Shown here piece after piece: positions 1 through 10,320 of a stretch of DNA of 32,000 bases. Position numbers and translations under genes: made by a program. Position 1 is the stretch's first letter, and every line of letters starts with the position of its first letter. This DNA comes from Crocosphaera subtropica ATCC 51142 (lineage in GTDB: Bacteria > Cyanobacteriota > Cyanobacteriia > Cyanobacteriales > Microcystaceae): NCBI RefSeq assembly GCF_000017845.1, contig NC_010546.1, forward strand, positions 4,680,001 to 4,712,000, written 5' to 3'. The notes beneath the pieces were generated by a model, which saw nothing but the letters and a program-made list of their open reading frames with translations, made no database searches and was not told where the DNA came from.

Positions 1-509
1 GGAAACGGATCACCGCTTTTCTTGATCCCTGGGCCGACCCGTTAGGTAATGGTTATCAGTTAGTACAAAGTTTAATGGCGGTGGGATCAGGGGGAACCTT
101 TGGGGTAGGATATGGCCAGTCTGTGCAGAAATTATTTTATCTTCCTATTCAATACACCGATTTTATTTTTTCGGTATATGCCGAAGAATTTGGCTTTGTG
201 GGTAGCATTCTCTTACTTTTACTATTATTTACTTATACAACCTTTGCCTTAAGAGTTGCCCTTAACTGTCTTCATCGGGTGAAACGTTTAATTGCTATTG
301 GTGTGATGGTGATGATGGTGGGCCAAGCATTATTAAATATTGGGGTTGCTACCGGGGCTTTACCGACGACCGGTTTACCCTTTCCTTTATGGAGTTATGG
401 GGGAAGTTCTACCCTAGCAAGTCTAACCCTAGCAGCTTTATTAATTCGTGTGGCTAGGGAAAGTAACGAAGCAGAAATTCTCCCCTGGAAGAAAACAGTT
501 AATAGTTAA
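1..509 (+). CDS. ftsW: SEDS-family cell division/elongation protein (FtsW/RodA type), C-terminal part. The 5' end is upstream of the window and the reading frame starts at nt 3.
   Basis: Frame 3 is open from nt 3 and reads KRITAFLDPWADPLGNGYQLVQSLMAVGSGG...QKLFYLPIQYTDFIFSVYAEEFGFVGS. This is the conserved SEDS loop signature (GYQ..QS, YLP..HTDFIF-like). Hydrophobic helices follow, and the stop is at 507-509. Confidence 0.8.
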   Translation, partial: KRITAFLDPWADPLGNGYQLVQSLMAVGSGGTFGVGYGQSVQKLFYLPIQYTDFIFSVYAEEFGFVGSILLLLLLFTYTTFALRVALNCLHRVKRLIAIGVMVMMVGQALLNIGVATGALPTTGLPFPLWSYGGSSTLASLTLAALLIRVARESNEAEILPWKKTVNS

Positions 510-518
510 CAGTTACCA

Positions 519-746
519 TTAAGGGGCATTTTCTGCTTGTTTTAGGATTAAACGATTGGTTTGATCCATATGGGTTTTTATACCACTATTTTCTTTATTA
601 TTGATAATGTAGGTGAGGCTAAAACTAAGTAATCCTACTATAATCAAATAGAATAAATAATGACATAAAATTGTCAAATAATCACTAGGATGGTCTAACA
701 TTGTCAATTCCCTCCTCAACGAAGTTAGGAAGATACGATTGCTCAA
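519..746 (-). CDS. Hypothetical small membrane protein (75 aa; may start at an internal Met)
   Basis: The ORF has one clear hydrophobic helix (YLFYLIIVGLLSFSLTYII) and lies between two real genes. I recognise no motif and see no obvious RBS. Confidence 0.3.
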   Translation of the reverse strand: MSNRIFLTSLRRELTMLDHPSDYLTILCHYLFYLIIVGLLSFSLTYIINNKENSGIKTHMDQTNRLILKQAENAP

Positions 747-854
747 TACTATTATAATTCCTTCACTTCTCCAAGTTCAGGGATAGGTTACGATTTTTAA
801 TCAATTTCTCTGATGATTCAACCCATTAGAGCATTCTCGACTTCATTTTTTTTC

Positions 855-3371
855 TTACATTACATAGTCAATCACCTCTTGATTCGATAATTTAACTAAG
901 CGATCGCCTTGACCATCTTTACCCCAAATTTTCACATCTTTGGCTACTATATTCAGGGTTTTCTTTTGGTTGGTTAGCAAGGTAATATCTTTTGAGTCTG
1001 AAGCCCGAATCATCCCCAATAAACTATCATTTTTATGGGTAAATTGTAAGGCTTGTGTACCAATATCCCCTAATTTTGTCATCCGTAACCCTGTCACGTT
1101 TAGCCGTTTACCATAGCCCAATTTTGACACTAATAAAACTATCTTATTATCATCAAGGGTCACACAACCAATAATGGTTTCTCCATAGCGTAATTTTAGG
1201 GCTTGATTTCCTTGAGCATTACGACCCATAATAGGAATCACTTCATCAACCACAGGGAAGCGTAACACTCGGCCACTGGACATGGCGATCGCGACTTCTT
1301 CCCCTTCTTTTGTGATAGAAACCGACTCTAAACCATCTTGATCTTTGAGTTTAATTAACACTAATCCTCGATTGGTTAACCCTGCTAATTCTGATAATTG
1401 AATTCGTTTGATTTTTCCTTGATTTGTTAGTAATAATAAATCCTTATTTTCTGTGTTATCTGATAAGAAGAAAAGAGAAACAACTTTTTTACTATCCCGT
1501 TGTGCGCTTTTGGGTAATAAACTCAGCAATGGAATGGGTTGAATTTCAATGGGGGGAACATCCGCAACATTTACAGGGTAAGCCTTGCCGATATCGGTAA
1601 TAACAATAAATTGCTCCCTTTCTTGAATCGGTTCGCTGTAAATCGGGACATGATTATCAGGAACCTTAGTATCAGGCGATCGCCAGCAAATCGTCCCTTG
1701 ATAAGTCATTTCTAAGATGGCATTTTTTGGCGGAGTTTGAGGGGTAAACAGACTAAAGGGTTGACTTGTTGTATCTGGTTCTCTGTTTGATATTGAGGTG
1801 GTTTTATTTTGATCACTACTTTGTTTTTTAGCGGTTTGTGTTGCTTTAGATTGGCTTTTTTGGGCAGTGGGTTGCACGATACGAGTCCGTCTTTCATCGC
1901 CGTATTTCCGTTTCAGCGATCGCAGTTCTTTCTTTAAGACTTTTAAGAATTCAGGACGATTATTTAACAGGTTTTCTAACTCGTTGATTCTCCCTTGTAA
2001 CTCATCGTATTCTGCCTGTAATTTTTGTCGTTCTAACCCCGTTAAACGACGCATGGGCATGGCTAAAATCCCATTGGCTTGCGCCTCACTCAAATTTAAT
2101 TCTTGTTGGAATTGCGTCTTAGCTGTGGTTCCATCGGCAGCATTCCGTAAAATATCAATGATGCGATCTAAATTATTAAGGGCAATCAATAACCCTTCCA
2201 AAAGATGTAAACGATTACGACATTCTTCTAGCTCATAATTATATTGACGGGTTAGGGTGTGTTCTCGGAATTTAAGGAATTCTTCTAACAATTGACGCAG
2301 GGATAACTGACGAGGTTGATTATCCACTAAAGCCAACATAATCGCCCCAAAATTCTGTTGTAGGGCTGTTTTTTTATACAATTCCCTAAGAACCGTTTTC
2401 GCCACAGCATCCCGTTTTAACTCGATCACCACCCGCATTCCACTGCGATCGCTTTCATCCCGAATATCGGCAATGCCTTCTAATCTACCACCGTTGACCA
2501 AATCGGCAATTTTTTCGATCCAAGTGGATTTAGTGACCTGATAGGGCAATTCTGTGACAATAATGGCTGTTCTTTCTTTACGGCGTTTTTTGCCCACATC
2601 CATGCGTTCAATACGAACCACCCCACGCACCGAAATAATGCCTTTTCCGTGGCGATAAGCGTCTTCAATGCCCTGAGTTGGGATAATTTCTCCTCCTGTG
2701 GGAAAATCGGGCCCAGGGATAATCTTCCATAACTTTTCGTCCGATAACTCAGGATTATCGATTAAAGCAATTAACCCATCCACCAGTTCCCCTAAATTGT
2801 GGGGAGGAATATTAGTGGCCATTCCCACGGCGATCCCAGTACAACCATTGAGGAGTAAATTAGGGAGTTGCGCTGGTAAAACGACCGGTTCTTGTTGAGA
2901 ATTATCAAAATTGCTACTAAAATCAACGATCGCCTCACTGATCTCCGTCAACATGGCTTGATCGGCGATGGGAGACAGTCGGGTTTCGGTGTAACGCATG
3001 GCTGCCGGGGGATCGTTATCCACCGATCCAAAATTACCGTGTCCCGCTAACAGGGGATAACGACTCGAAAAATCCTGAACCATCCGAACTAAGGCATCAT
3101 ACACCGCCTGATCTCCGTGGGGATGGTATTTACCCAACACATCCCCCACCACACGGGCGCATTTACGAAACGGGCGATCGGGGGTTAACCCCAATTCGTG
3201 CATGGCGTAGAGAATACGACGGTGAACGGGTTTGAGTCCATCTCTAACATCCGGCAAAGCCCGTCCCACAATCACACTCATGGCATACTCAAGATAGGAA
3301 CGCTGCATCTCTGCGTGTAACGCTGTGGGAGTAATTTCACCAGTTCCTACGAGTTTTAACTGTTTTGCCAT
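855..3371 (-). CDS. gyrA: Type IIA topoisomerase subunit A, GyrA/ParC family (annotatable as DNA gyrase subunit A; see finding on the missing GyrA box)
   Basis: Contains [40 protein letters not shown] and the active-site AAMRYTE. A C-terminal beta-pinwheel-like repeat region is present. I prefer the start at ATG 3371 (MAKQLK...) because GGAAAGGAAA sits 4-13 nt upstream. The ORF track starts 8 codons earlier, at 3395. Confidence 0.9.
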   Translation of the reverse strand: MAKQLKLVGTGEITPTALHAEMQRSYLEYAMSVIVGRALPDVRDGLKPVHRRILYAMHELGLTPDRPFRKCARVVGDVLGKYHPHGDQAVYDALVRMVQDFSSRYPLLAGHGNFGSVDNDPPAAMRYTETRLSPIADQAMLTEISEAIVDFSSNFDNSQQEPVVLPAQLPNLLLNGCTGIAVGMATNIPPHNLGELVDGLIALIDNPELSDEKLWKIIPGPDFPTGGEIIPTQGIEDAYRHGKGIISVRGVVRIERMDVGKKRRKERTAIIVTELPYQVTKSTWIEKIADLVNGGRLEGIADIRDESDRSGMRVVIELKRDAVAKTVLRELYKKTALQQNFGAIMLALVDNQPRQLSLRQLLEEFLKFREHTLTRQYNYELEECRNRLHLLEGLLIALNNLDRIIDILRNAADGTTAKTQFQQELNLSEAQANGILAMPMRRLTGLERQKLQAEYDELQGRINELENLLNNRPEFLKVLKKELRSLKRKYGDERRTRIVQPTAQKSQSKATQTAKKQSSDQNKTTSISNREPDTTSQPFSLFTPQTPPKNAILEMTYQGTICWRSPDTKVPDNHVPIYSEPIQEREQFIVITDIGKAYPVNVADVPPIEIQPIPLLSLLPKSAQRDSKKVVSLFFLSDNTENKDLLLLTNQGKIKRIQLSELAGLTNRGLVLIKLKDQDGLESVSITKEGEEVAIAMSSGRVLRFPVVDEVIPIMGRNAQGNQALKLRYGETIIGCVTLDDNKIVLLVSKLGYGKRLNVTGLRMTKLGDIGTQALQFTHKNDSLLGMIRASDSKDITLLTNQKKTLNIVAKDVKIWGKDGQGDRLVKLSNQEVIDYVM

Positions 3372-3893
3372 AAGTTTCCTTTCCTGTTGAATCAATCATA
3401 TTGGGGGATGTCCCTTTAATTACCATACATCCCTTGTGTTTTTTGACAACTATTTTTAGGGTACATCCTCAATAGTATATTTGTAGCAGAACTTTTGTGG
3501 AGAGTGGGGTGAAGGGGGGCAGGGGTGATGTTTATCAATTGTTCGTGATAATCTCCCTCACAGAACCGATGATTTATTAAAGTTAAGATGAAGTTGATAA
3601 TCTTATTTAAAGAAATATAAAACAATGTCAGTAGAACCACCGAAGTTTTTATCAAGCAAACAGAGTAAAATTAGGATATAAGCTTAATTCGGTATATTTG
3701 ATTTTTATCGAAAAAATATTCAATGAATTAATAGGAAGATTATCAATCCTATAAAATTCAGCTAAAAATATATTGAGAGATAAAAATATTTCTTCAATAT
3801 CGTTTGATTACCTAACCATTAAAATGTCCTGTTAAAATAACTTCGATTTAATCAAAAACTTACTCATTTTTTTGTTGAATCCTCAATCGTATT

Positions 3894-5144
3894 ATGAATG
3901 TTAAAAACTACCAAGTAATTTCCTCAGCTTCAGTCGAAGAGTTACCTAAATTTTCCCCAATGAAGGTCTTAGATAAACTTGGCTATGCCAAAAGCACTGG
4001 GTGTTTAGTGGTTTCTTCTCAATCAATAATCTGGCGAATTTATGTGAATCAAGGAAGATTGATTTATGCCAACCATTCTCTTGATTGTTTTGAACGCTTA
4101 GAAAGACATTTACGCCGTTTAAGTTACACCGTTTCTTCCTTAACAGCAGGAGTTCGGAATCAAGCAAGATTAAACTTTGAAAATGAAAATCAAAGCCCTG
4201 ATGATGTCCCCCTCGAATATCAAGCGATTGCTTGGTTACTCGAAGAAAACTATTTAGAAGATTATCAAGCAGCCAACTTGATCAAATCGTTAAATAAAGA
4301 GGTTTGTGAATTATTTTTATTATTAACTGATGGTGACTCTCAATTCATGGAAAATGTTGGCGTTTTACCTCAGTTAGTTAGCATGGAGCTTAACGATTTA
4401 ATCATTGAATGTCAACAAAGTTTGAAGAGTTGGCAAACCTTAGCTCCTTTAATTACCTCTCCTGAACAAAGACCTTATTTTTTTACTAATAATCAAAAAT
4501 CAAGTCAATTATCCAGTGAACAAATTCAAAAATTCAGTAAACTTTTGAGAGGATTTAATTTTAGACAATTAGCGGTTTTAACCAATAAAGATGAAATCCA
4601 AATTGCTCAATATATTTATAAATTTATACAAACTAAAAACGTTATTATTCGCCCGCCTCAAGCTCCTTTTGATAAACTACCGCACATCGCAGTTGAGACA
4701 GAATCTCATCAAATAATTAATCATAATGCTATTAAAAAAGATCACTTCACTGATATCCCGATCAATACCAATACAAGCAAACAATATAAATTAGTGTGTG
4801 TCGATGATAGCCCAACTATTTTAAGTGAAATTAATCGTTTTCTTGAGCAACAAGATTTAACGGTTCATGCAATTAATGATTCTAAAAAAGCTTTACTAGA
4901 AATCATCCGATTTAAGCCCGATATTGTCTTATTAGATGTAGGGATGCCTGGAATTGACGGTTATCGACTTTGCCAACTCATTAGGAATCACCACTTATTT
5001 AAAACAACCCCAATTATTATGGTAACGGGTAATCGTAGTTTAATTAATCGGGCAAAAGCTAGAGTTGCAGGGGCTTCAGATTATCTAACCAAACCCTTTA
5101 CTCAATCAGACTTATTAAAGATGGTATTTCGTTATCTCAGCTAA
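3894..5144 (+). CDS. PatA-type response regulator (N-terminal PATAN/DUF4388-like domain plus C-terminal receiver), PixG/PilG-like
   Basis: The C-terminal receiver reads KLVCVDDSPT...DIVLLDVGMPGIDGY...IIMVTG...DYLTKPF. A long non-receiver N-terminal domain of about 290 aa matches the PatA subfamily architecture. The next genes downstream are CheY-like and CheW-like. Confidence 0.8.
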   Translation: MNVKNYQVISSASVEELPKFSPMKVLDKLGYAKSTGCLVVSSQSIIWRIYVNQGRLIYANHSLDCFERLERHLRRLSYTVSSLTAGVRNQARLNFENENQSPDDVPLEYQAIAWLLEENYLEDYQAANLIKSLNKEVCELFLLLTDGDSQFMENVGVLPQLVSMELNDLIIECQQSLKSWQTLAPLITSPEQRPYFFTNNQKSSQLSSEQIQKFSKLLRGFNFRQLAVLTNKDEIQIAQYIYKFIQTKNVIIRPPQAPFDKLPHIAVETESHQIINHNAIKKDHFTDIPINTNTSKQYKLVCVDDSPTILSEINRFLEQQDLTVHAINDSKKALLEIIRFKPDIVLLDVGMPGIDGYRLCQLIRNHHLFKTTPIIMVTGNRSLINRAKARVAGASDYLTKPFTQSDLLKMVFRYLS

Positions 5145-5264
5145 ATTAAAACAACGCTCTTTTTAAGACAATCATGTCACTTTTTTGGGGAATTATGGGA
5201 ACTCTAGGAATAAGAAACTTTTTCAACCCACAAATGTACACGGTTTTTTTGAGGATAGTTACCA

Positions 5265-5624
5265 ATGCCTAAAGTTTTAGTTATAGAAGATACAGCATCT
5301 GAAATGGAATTAATCAGTGATTATCTGCGAGATAGTGGTTACACAGTAATAGGAACTACTGATGCTAAAGATGCCCTAGGAAAAATCAATCAACACAAAC
5401 CTAATATCATTATCACTGATTTAGTCATGCCTGGTATGAATGGCTTAGAATTATGTCGTAGTATTCGCAAAAACCCTGAAACTCAAAATTTACCCATTGT
5501 GGTGTGTACCTCAAAAGATCAAGACTTAGATCGGATGTGGGCGATGAAACAAGGGGCTGATGTTTATGTGACAAAACCCTTTAGTAAAGAACAATTGGTT
5601 CGTGCCATTAGATCCGTTGAATAA
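5265..5624 (+). CDS. Single-domain CheY-like response regulator (PixH/PilH-like)
   Basis: A 119-aa receiver: KVLVIEDT, IIITDLVMPGMNG, VCTSK, VTKPF. GAGGA lies about 10 nt upstream of the ATG. Confidence 0.9.
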   Translation: MPKVLVIEDTASEMELISDYLRDSGYTVIGTTDAKDALGKINQHKPNIIITDLVMPGMNGLELCRSIRKNPETQNLPIVVCTSKDQDLDRMWAMKQGADVYVTKPFSKEQLVRAIRSVE

Positions 5625-5728
5625 TTGATCACTAATAATGAATAATTAATAATTATTTTTACTTGAAAATTGTTAATTATTCATTTTACTGTTTTATACC
5701 ATTTATTCAAAATTATCTAACTATTCTT

Positions 5729-6211
5729 ATGATAGAAACTCAGTCTTTATCTAAACAAAAGGCAGTTGGTGATCCCTATCTTCAGTTACAGATTGATAGT
5801 CAAACACAGATTTTGTTGCCGATGGTAATGACAAAAGAAGTATTAAATATCCCTTCTAGTCGTTTAACGGTTATGCCTAATATGCCTCCCTTTTTTTTAG
5901 GATTATTAAATCAACGGAGTCGGATTTTTTGGGCAGTAGATCTGGGACACTTTCTTAACTTATCGTCACTTAAATTAGACTGTCCACATTATTCTATTGC
6001 TATTATTCACTCTAGAAAAAAAGCCTTAGCTTTAGCAGTTGAAAAAGTGATGGGAGTGACTCGGTTTCCTCAAGAGAAAATAGAATCTCCTTTTAGTACC
6101 GTTGAAGCAGGTTTAATTCCTTATTTACAAGGTTGTATTCCTCAAGAAAGACAGCTTTTTCTAATTTTAGACCCTGAAGCCATTTTAGAGGCAGCTATTT
6201 TAAATATTTGA
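5729..6211 (+). CDS. CheW-like coupling protein (PixI/PilI-like)
   Basis: CheW-domain pattern: ...LTVMPNMPPFFLGLLNQRSRIFWAVDLGHFLNL...ALAVEKVMGV. I prefer ATG 5729 (MIETQSL) to the TTG at 5663 used by the ORF track. Confidence 0.75.
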   Translation: MIETQSLSKQKAVGDPYLQLQIDSQTQILLPMVMTKEVLNIPSSRLTVMPNMPPFFLGLLNQRSRIFWAVDLGHFLNLSSLKLDCPHYSIAIIHSRKKALALAVEKVMGVTRFPQEKIESPFSTVEAGLIPYLQGCIPQERQLFLILDPEAILEAAILNI

Positions 6212-6218
6212 ATTAACT

Positions 6219-6241
6219 AAGGTGCGCTATTAACGCACCTT
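6219..6241. terminator. Hairpin between the convergent cheW-like gene and ileS; possible bidirectional terminator
   Basis: AAGGTGCG-ctattaa-CGCACCTT gives an 8-bp perfect stem. It sits 8 nt after the cheW-like stop and 9 nt after the ileS stop, flanked by A/T runs. Confidence 0.45.
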
Positions 6242-6249
6242 AAAAGCTT

Positions 6250-9129
6250 CTAAAAATCTCCAACTAAAGCAGCGTTACACCGTTCACAAATAGTAGGATC
6301 ATCTTTAAATTCTCCAACTTTTGTTGAATAGTTCCAACAGCGATCACATTTCTCTCCTTCTGCTTTAATAACCCCCACAGAAACTAAGTCAGACTCGCTG
6401 TGATAGTCGGCATTTTTAATACTGTCTAAACTATCAACTAATTCCACTTGAGAGGCTAAAACAAAATAACGTAATTCATCTACATGATTTCCTGTTAAAC
6501 TATCAGCAGGATTGAATTTTTCGAGTTGTTGTCTTAAGTTTTGCTCCGGGACATAGAGTAACACTTTTGCATCTAAAGAAGAACCGATCGCTTTCTCTTT
6601 TCTGGCTAATTCTAGGGCGTTATTTACTTCATTTCTGATTCCCCTGATTTTCGCCCAGGAAGCAGATAATTCTGAATTTTCCCACTGTTTTGATGTTTTT
6701 ACCCATCCTGCTGTGAAAACGGATTTATAAGGGGTTTCGTAGGGTAAAAATTGCCAAATGTCTTCGGCCATGTGACATAATACAGGAGCGATGGCTTTGG
6801 CTAAATTTTCAATAGCAATAGCTAGTACCGTTTGACAACTACGACGACGTATCGACTCAGGATGAGAAATATACAGTCTATCTTTGGCAATATCGAGATA
6901 GAAATTAGATAAATCTACCACACAGAAATTTTGTACCGTTTGGAAGAAACGGAAGAATTGATAGGTTTCAAACGCATCAGTTACTTCTGTAAAAACTTCG
7001 GTGATGCGATGTAACATATAACGATCTAATTCGGGTAATTCTTCGTAGCTTACCGTATCTTTCTTGGGATCAAAATCGTGTAAGTTACCGAGTAAAAATC
7101 TAGCAGTGTTGCGAATCTTGCGATAAATATCAGATAACTGTTTCAGGATAGTTTTACCAATAGGCACATCTGAAGAATAATCTACCGATGACACCCACAA
7201 TCTTAGCACATCTGCCCCATAAGGAGGTTCTTGTTTTTGATTCTTACCACCATTGATAATAACATTAGGATCAACAATATTGCCTAATGATTTACTCATC
7301 TTATGTCCTTTTTCATCTAAGACGAAACCATGAGTCAATACTGTCTTATAAGGAGCAATTTCATTAACGGCTACACTGGTTAATAAACTTGACTGAAACC
7401 ATCCCCGATGCTGATCACTTCCTTCCAAATAAATATCAGCAGGATACTTTAATTCTGGTCTTTGTTTTGCTACTGAAGCCCAAGAAGATCCAGAGTCAAA
7501 CCATACATCCATTGTATCAGTTCCTTTACGATATTTGTGAGCATCTGCTTTATATTGATCAGGTAATAACGCTTCAATAGACATCTCCCACCAAGCATCT
7601 GAGCCTTTTTCGGCAAAAATTGTCTGAATGTGTTTGATGGTTTCTTCTGTCAGTAATGGTTCGTTAGTTTCTTCATCATAAAATACAGGAATCGGTAAAC
7701 CCCAACTCCGTTGACGAGAAATACACCAATCTGAGCGATCGCTAACCATTGGCGTGATTCTATTTTCTCCTTGTGCCGGAATCCATTGCACTGTTTTAAT
7801 AGCCGTCAAAGCAGCATCACGGAACCCTTTTACAGAGGCAAACCATTGTTCGGTGGCTCGAAAGATTGTCGGTTTTTTAGTGCGCCAATCATAAGGATAT
7901 TTATGTTGATAGGCTTCTTCTTTCAATAATGAGCCTTTTTCTTTTAACTCATTAATAATGACTTCATTGGCATCTTTGAGAACATTTAAACCGGCAAATT
8001 GTCTAGCTTCTTCGGTAAAATTGCCTTTAGCATCGACAGGAGACAAAATCCCTAAACCGTACCGTTGTCCTACCATATAATCTTCTTGTCCATGACCCGG
8101 TGCAGTATGAACTAAACCCGTACCAGATTCGGTGGTAACATAGTCACCGCCGATAAGAATTTCACTCTCTCTATCATACAAAGGATGACGATAAATAGTA
8201 TGTTCTAAAGCTTTTCCTGGGAGAGTTGCTTTTACCGTTAACTCGGTTTCAAAGGTAGTTGATAATCTTTCTACCAAATCAGCAGCTACAATTAAATACT
8301 GATAGTTACAAACATCAGAATTCTGTTCTACCACAGCATAATTAAGATCAGGATTAAGAGCAACGGCTAAGTTTCCTGGGAGGGTCCAAGGGGTTGTTGT
8401 CCAGATAGCAACCCCTAACTTATTTAAGAAAGGTTGTAAAATTTCTTCTGTATCTTTTGAGGCTTTAATGATAGGAAAAGCAGCAAAAATACTTCTTGAC
8501 GTATGACCTTCAGGATATTCTAATTCTGCCTCAGCTAATGCAGTTTGAGAACTTGGACTCCAATGAACCGGTTTAAGTCCCCGATAAATGTACCCTTTCA
8601 AGGCCATTTCCCCAAATACGCCAATTTGCGCTGCTTCATATTCAGGGGTTAGGGTTAAATAGGGGTTTTCCCAGTCTCCCCACACGCCGAACCGTTTGAA
8701 ACCTTTTGCCTGTTCTTCTTGGGTTTTCAGGGCAAAATCACGGGCTTTATGGCGTAATTTGAGAGGGGTTAACCCTTCCCTCTCTTTTGACTTCATACTT
8801 TGTAAGACTTTGAGTTCGATGGGGAGTCCGTGACAGTCCCAACCGGGAACATACCGAACTTTATAACCTCGCAGTAGTTTATATTTATTGATAATGTCTT
8901 TGAGGGTTTTGTTTAACGCATGGCCCATGTGCAGAGAACCATTGGCATAGGGCGGGCCATCGTGCAGAACAAAGACCTCTTCGGGATTTTCTTGGGACAA
9001 TTTCTCGTAAATTTGATTATCTGCCCAAAATTTCTGTAATTCGGGTTCTCGCTTTACAGCATTGGCCCGCATACTAAAATTAGTCTTGGGTAGGTTTACC
9101 GTATCTTTGTAGCTTTTGGGGTCTGTCAC
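6250..9129 (-). CDS. ileS: Isoleucine--tRNA ligase
   Basis: 959 aa with class I signatures: PPYANGSLHMGHALNK (HIGH-type) and KMSKSLGN. Also has the editing-domain region and a C-terminal CxxC...CxxC zinc motif (CDRCWNY...CERCN). The start codon is GTG at 9129. Confidence 0.97.
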   Translation of the reverse strand: MTDPKSYKDTVNLPKTNFSMRANAVKREPELQKFWADNQIYEKLSQENPEEVFVLHDGPPYANGSLHMGHALNKTLKDIINKYKLLRGYKVRYVPGWDCHGLPIELKVLQSMKSKEREGLTPLKLRHKARDFALKTQEEQAKGFKRFGVWGDWENPYLTLTPEYEAAQIGVFGEMALKGYIYRGLKPVHWSPSSQTALAEAELEYPEGHTSRSIFAAFPIIKASKDTEEILQPFLNKLGVAIWTTTPWTLPGNLAVALNPDLNYAVVEQNSDVCNYQYLIVAADLVERLSTTFETELTVKATLPGKALEHTIYRHPLYDRESEILIGGDYVTTESGTGLVHTAPGHGQEDYMVGQRYGLGILSPVDAKGNFTEEARQFAGLNVLKDANEVIINELKEKGSLLKEEAYQHKYPYDWRTKKPTIFRATEQWFASVKGFRDAALTAIKTVQWIPAQGENRITPMVSDRSDWCISRQRSWGLPIPVFYDEETNEPLLTEETIKHIQTIFAEKGSDAWWEMSIEALLPDQYKADAHKYRKGTDTMDVWFDSGSSWASVAKQRPELKYPADIYLEGSDQHRGWFQSSLLTSVAVNEIAPYKTVLTHGFVLDEKGHKMSKSLGNIVDPNVIINGGKNQKQEPPYGADVLRLWVSSVDYSSDVPIGKTILKQLSDIYRKIRNTARFLLGNLHDFDPKKDTVSYEELPELDRYMLHRITEVFTEVTDAFETYQFFRFFQTVQNFCVVDLSNFYLDIAKDRLYISHPESIRRRSCQTVLAIAIENLAKAIAPVLCHMAEDIWQFLPYETPYKSVFTAGWVKTSKQWENSELSASWAKIRGIRNEVNNALELARKEKAIGSSLDAKVLLYVPEQNLRQQLEKFNPADSLTGNHVDELRYFVLASQVELVDSLDSIKNADYHSESDLVSVGVIKAEGEKCDRCWNYSTKVGEFKDDPTICERCNAALVGDF

Positions 9130-9265
9130 AGTAGTAATTAGAAATTATTGTATTGTTTTACTCCTTTTCATGATATTACATTGGAATTACTTATAGAAAT
9201 CTAAAAAGTCTTTTCTAGAAACACAGAAATTAGATTTTTATTATTATTTTGAAATTTTTAGACGG

Positions 9266-10105
9266 TTAAAATTCTGCTTCAGGTAAATTATCAATCAGTG
9301 TAACCGAGCGAAAATAACGCCCTAGTTGATATTGGGCATAATTTCTTAATAGATGTTCTACTTCTAGCCAAGGAACCGTAAAATGACTATCAAGAATTGT
9401 AGCTGGTAAAATTTTACCTGGATGGGGTAAAGAAGATTGATTAAGGTGTTGTAATAAAGTTAATTCTGAAGCTTTGAGTTTATGATTGATTATTGGTAAA
9501 ACAACAGAATGAGAATTATTTTTTCCTCTATCTTTAATCTCTAAATTAATCAGTCCACCGGCATCAAAACTAAAGCCAACACACCAGTTGGGATCGTTAA
9601 AATTAGGGGTTAATTCTTCTTGTGTTAGACAACAACAATGAACTTGAGGACCAATACCAGCGATCGCCAACAAATGAAACACAGCTTGAGCTAAATATCC
9701 ATATAAACTTTCAGCCACGGACATCTTTTCTAACCGTCGTAAATGCTCGTTTAACAGTTCATATAGTTCGAGTTGAGGTTGATCGTCTAACGCCAAATTT
9801 AATGCCAATTCCGCTAAATATTGGGCGGCTGCCAACTTTCCTAAATCTTTGCTTAACCCTGGATAAGATTCTAAGGTTTCAGCCTGAGTAATTTTATCAA
9901 GCGATCGCCCTTTGGCAATAAGTAACTCATTGATAACAAATAATTCACAACGTCCCCTAAGTTTTGATTTTTGCTTTCTTGCGCCAGGAACAATAGCCCG
10001 AATTAAGCCATACTCAGGAGACAAAAGGGTCACTAAGCGATCGGCTTCTTGAAAAGGCATTCCTTTCAATACGATGCCTGTGGTTTGATAGGTGCGACTC
10101 ACCAT
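9266..10105 (-). CDS. recO: DNA repair protein RecO
   Basis: The N-terminal OB-fold reads [49 protein letters not shown], as is typical of RecO, and the length fits. I prefer ATG 10105 (MVSRTY) to the TTG at 10114 used by the ORF track. Confidence 0.88.
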   Translation of the reverse strand: MVSRTYQTTGIVLKGMPFQEADRLVTLLSPEYGLIRAIVPGARKQKSKLRGRCELFVINELLIAKGRSLDKITQAETLESYPGLSKDLGKLAAAQYLAELALNLALDDQPQLELYELLNEHLRRLEKMSVAESLYGYLAQAVFHLLAIAGIGPQVHCCCLTQEELTPNFNDPNWCVGFSFDAGGLINLEIKDRGKNNSHSVVLPIINHKLKASELTLLQHLNQSSLPHPGKILPATILDSHFTVPWLEVEHLLRNYAQYQLGRYFRSVTLIDNLPEAEF

Positions 10106-10173
10106 TACATTCAACTCTAACTGGATCTATTTTCCTTCATTATCTCCTGTTCAACACGACCAATGCAGTCAGT

Positions 10174-10213
10174 TCAATTTTTCACTTTTTTCCACTTTTT
10201 TCTACTTTTTTCC
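10174..10213. promoter_or_regulatory. Four phased T5-6 tracts (TCAATTTTT CACTTTTTT CCACTTTTTT CTACTTTTTT) in the recO / PEP-CTERM divergent intergenic region
   Basis: Read directly. T-tracts start at 10178, 10186, 10196 and 10206, spaced 8, 10 and 10 bp. This is the classic helically phased A/T-tract arrangement associated with intrinsic DNA bending. Confidence 0.6.
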
Positions 10214-10320
10214 CTATACATCGGTAGGATGTCTTAAGAAATTACTTGATTTCTGCTCTTGACATCTCAAACTTAGTTAACTTAGATTAAGTGGAGGAAA
10301 AATCATGATTTTCCGAAAGA

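Noticed and set aside
1712-2898. Four ORFs of 61-123 aa (1712-1897, 1867-2238, 2480-2668, 2698-2898) overlapping the gyrA-like gene on either strand
   Set aside because: They are shadow ORFs inside a long, strongly supported CDS. Their translations are low complexity (Ser/Arg/Lys/Pro-rich) with no motifs or RBS.
3499-3529. G-rich tract GGAGAGTGGGGTGAAGGGGGGCAGGGGTG upstream of the gyrA-like gene; possible G-quadruplex
   Set aside because: There are only three clear G3+ runs unless the G6 run is split with a zero-length loop, so it does not meet the usual four-run G4 definition. It is striking in AT-rich DNA but unsupported as a functional element.
3416-3655. 79-aa minus-strand ORF in the gyrA / patA-like divergent intergenic region
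   Set aside because: It lies in AT-rich promoter DNA. I see no RBS, and the composition is atypical with no recognisable motif. It is most likely non-coding.
3946-4167. 73-aa antisense ORF inside the PatA-type regulator gene
   Set aside because: It is a shadow ORF within a well-supported CDS.
7389-7580. 63-aa plus-strand ORF inside ileS
   Set aside because: It is antisense to a highly conserved CDS and has no supporting signals.
9622-9891. 89-aa plus-strand ORF inside recO
   Set aside because: It is antisense to recO and has no motifs.
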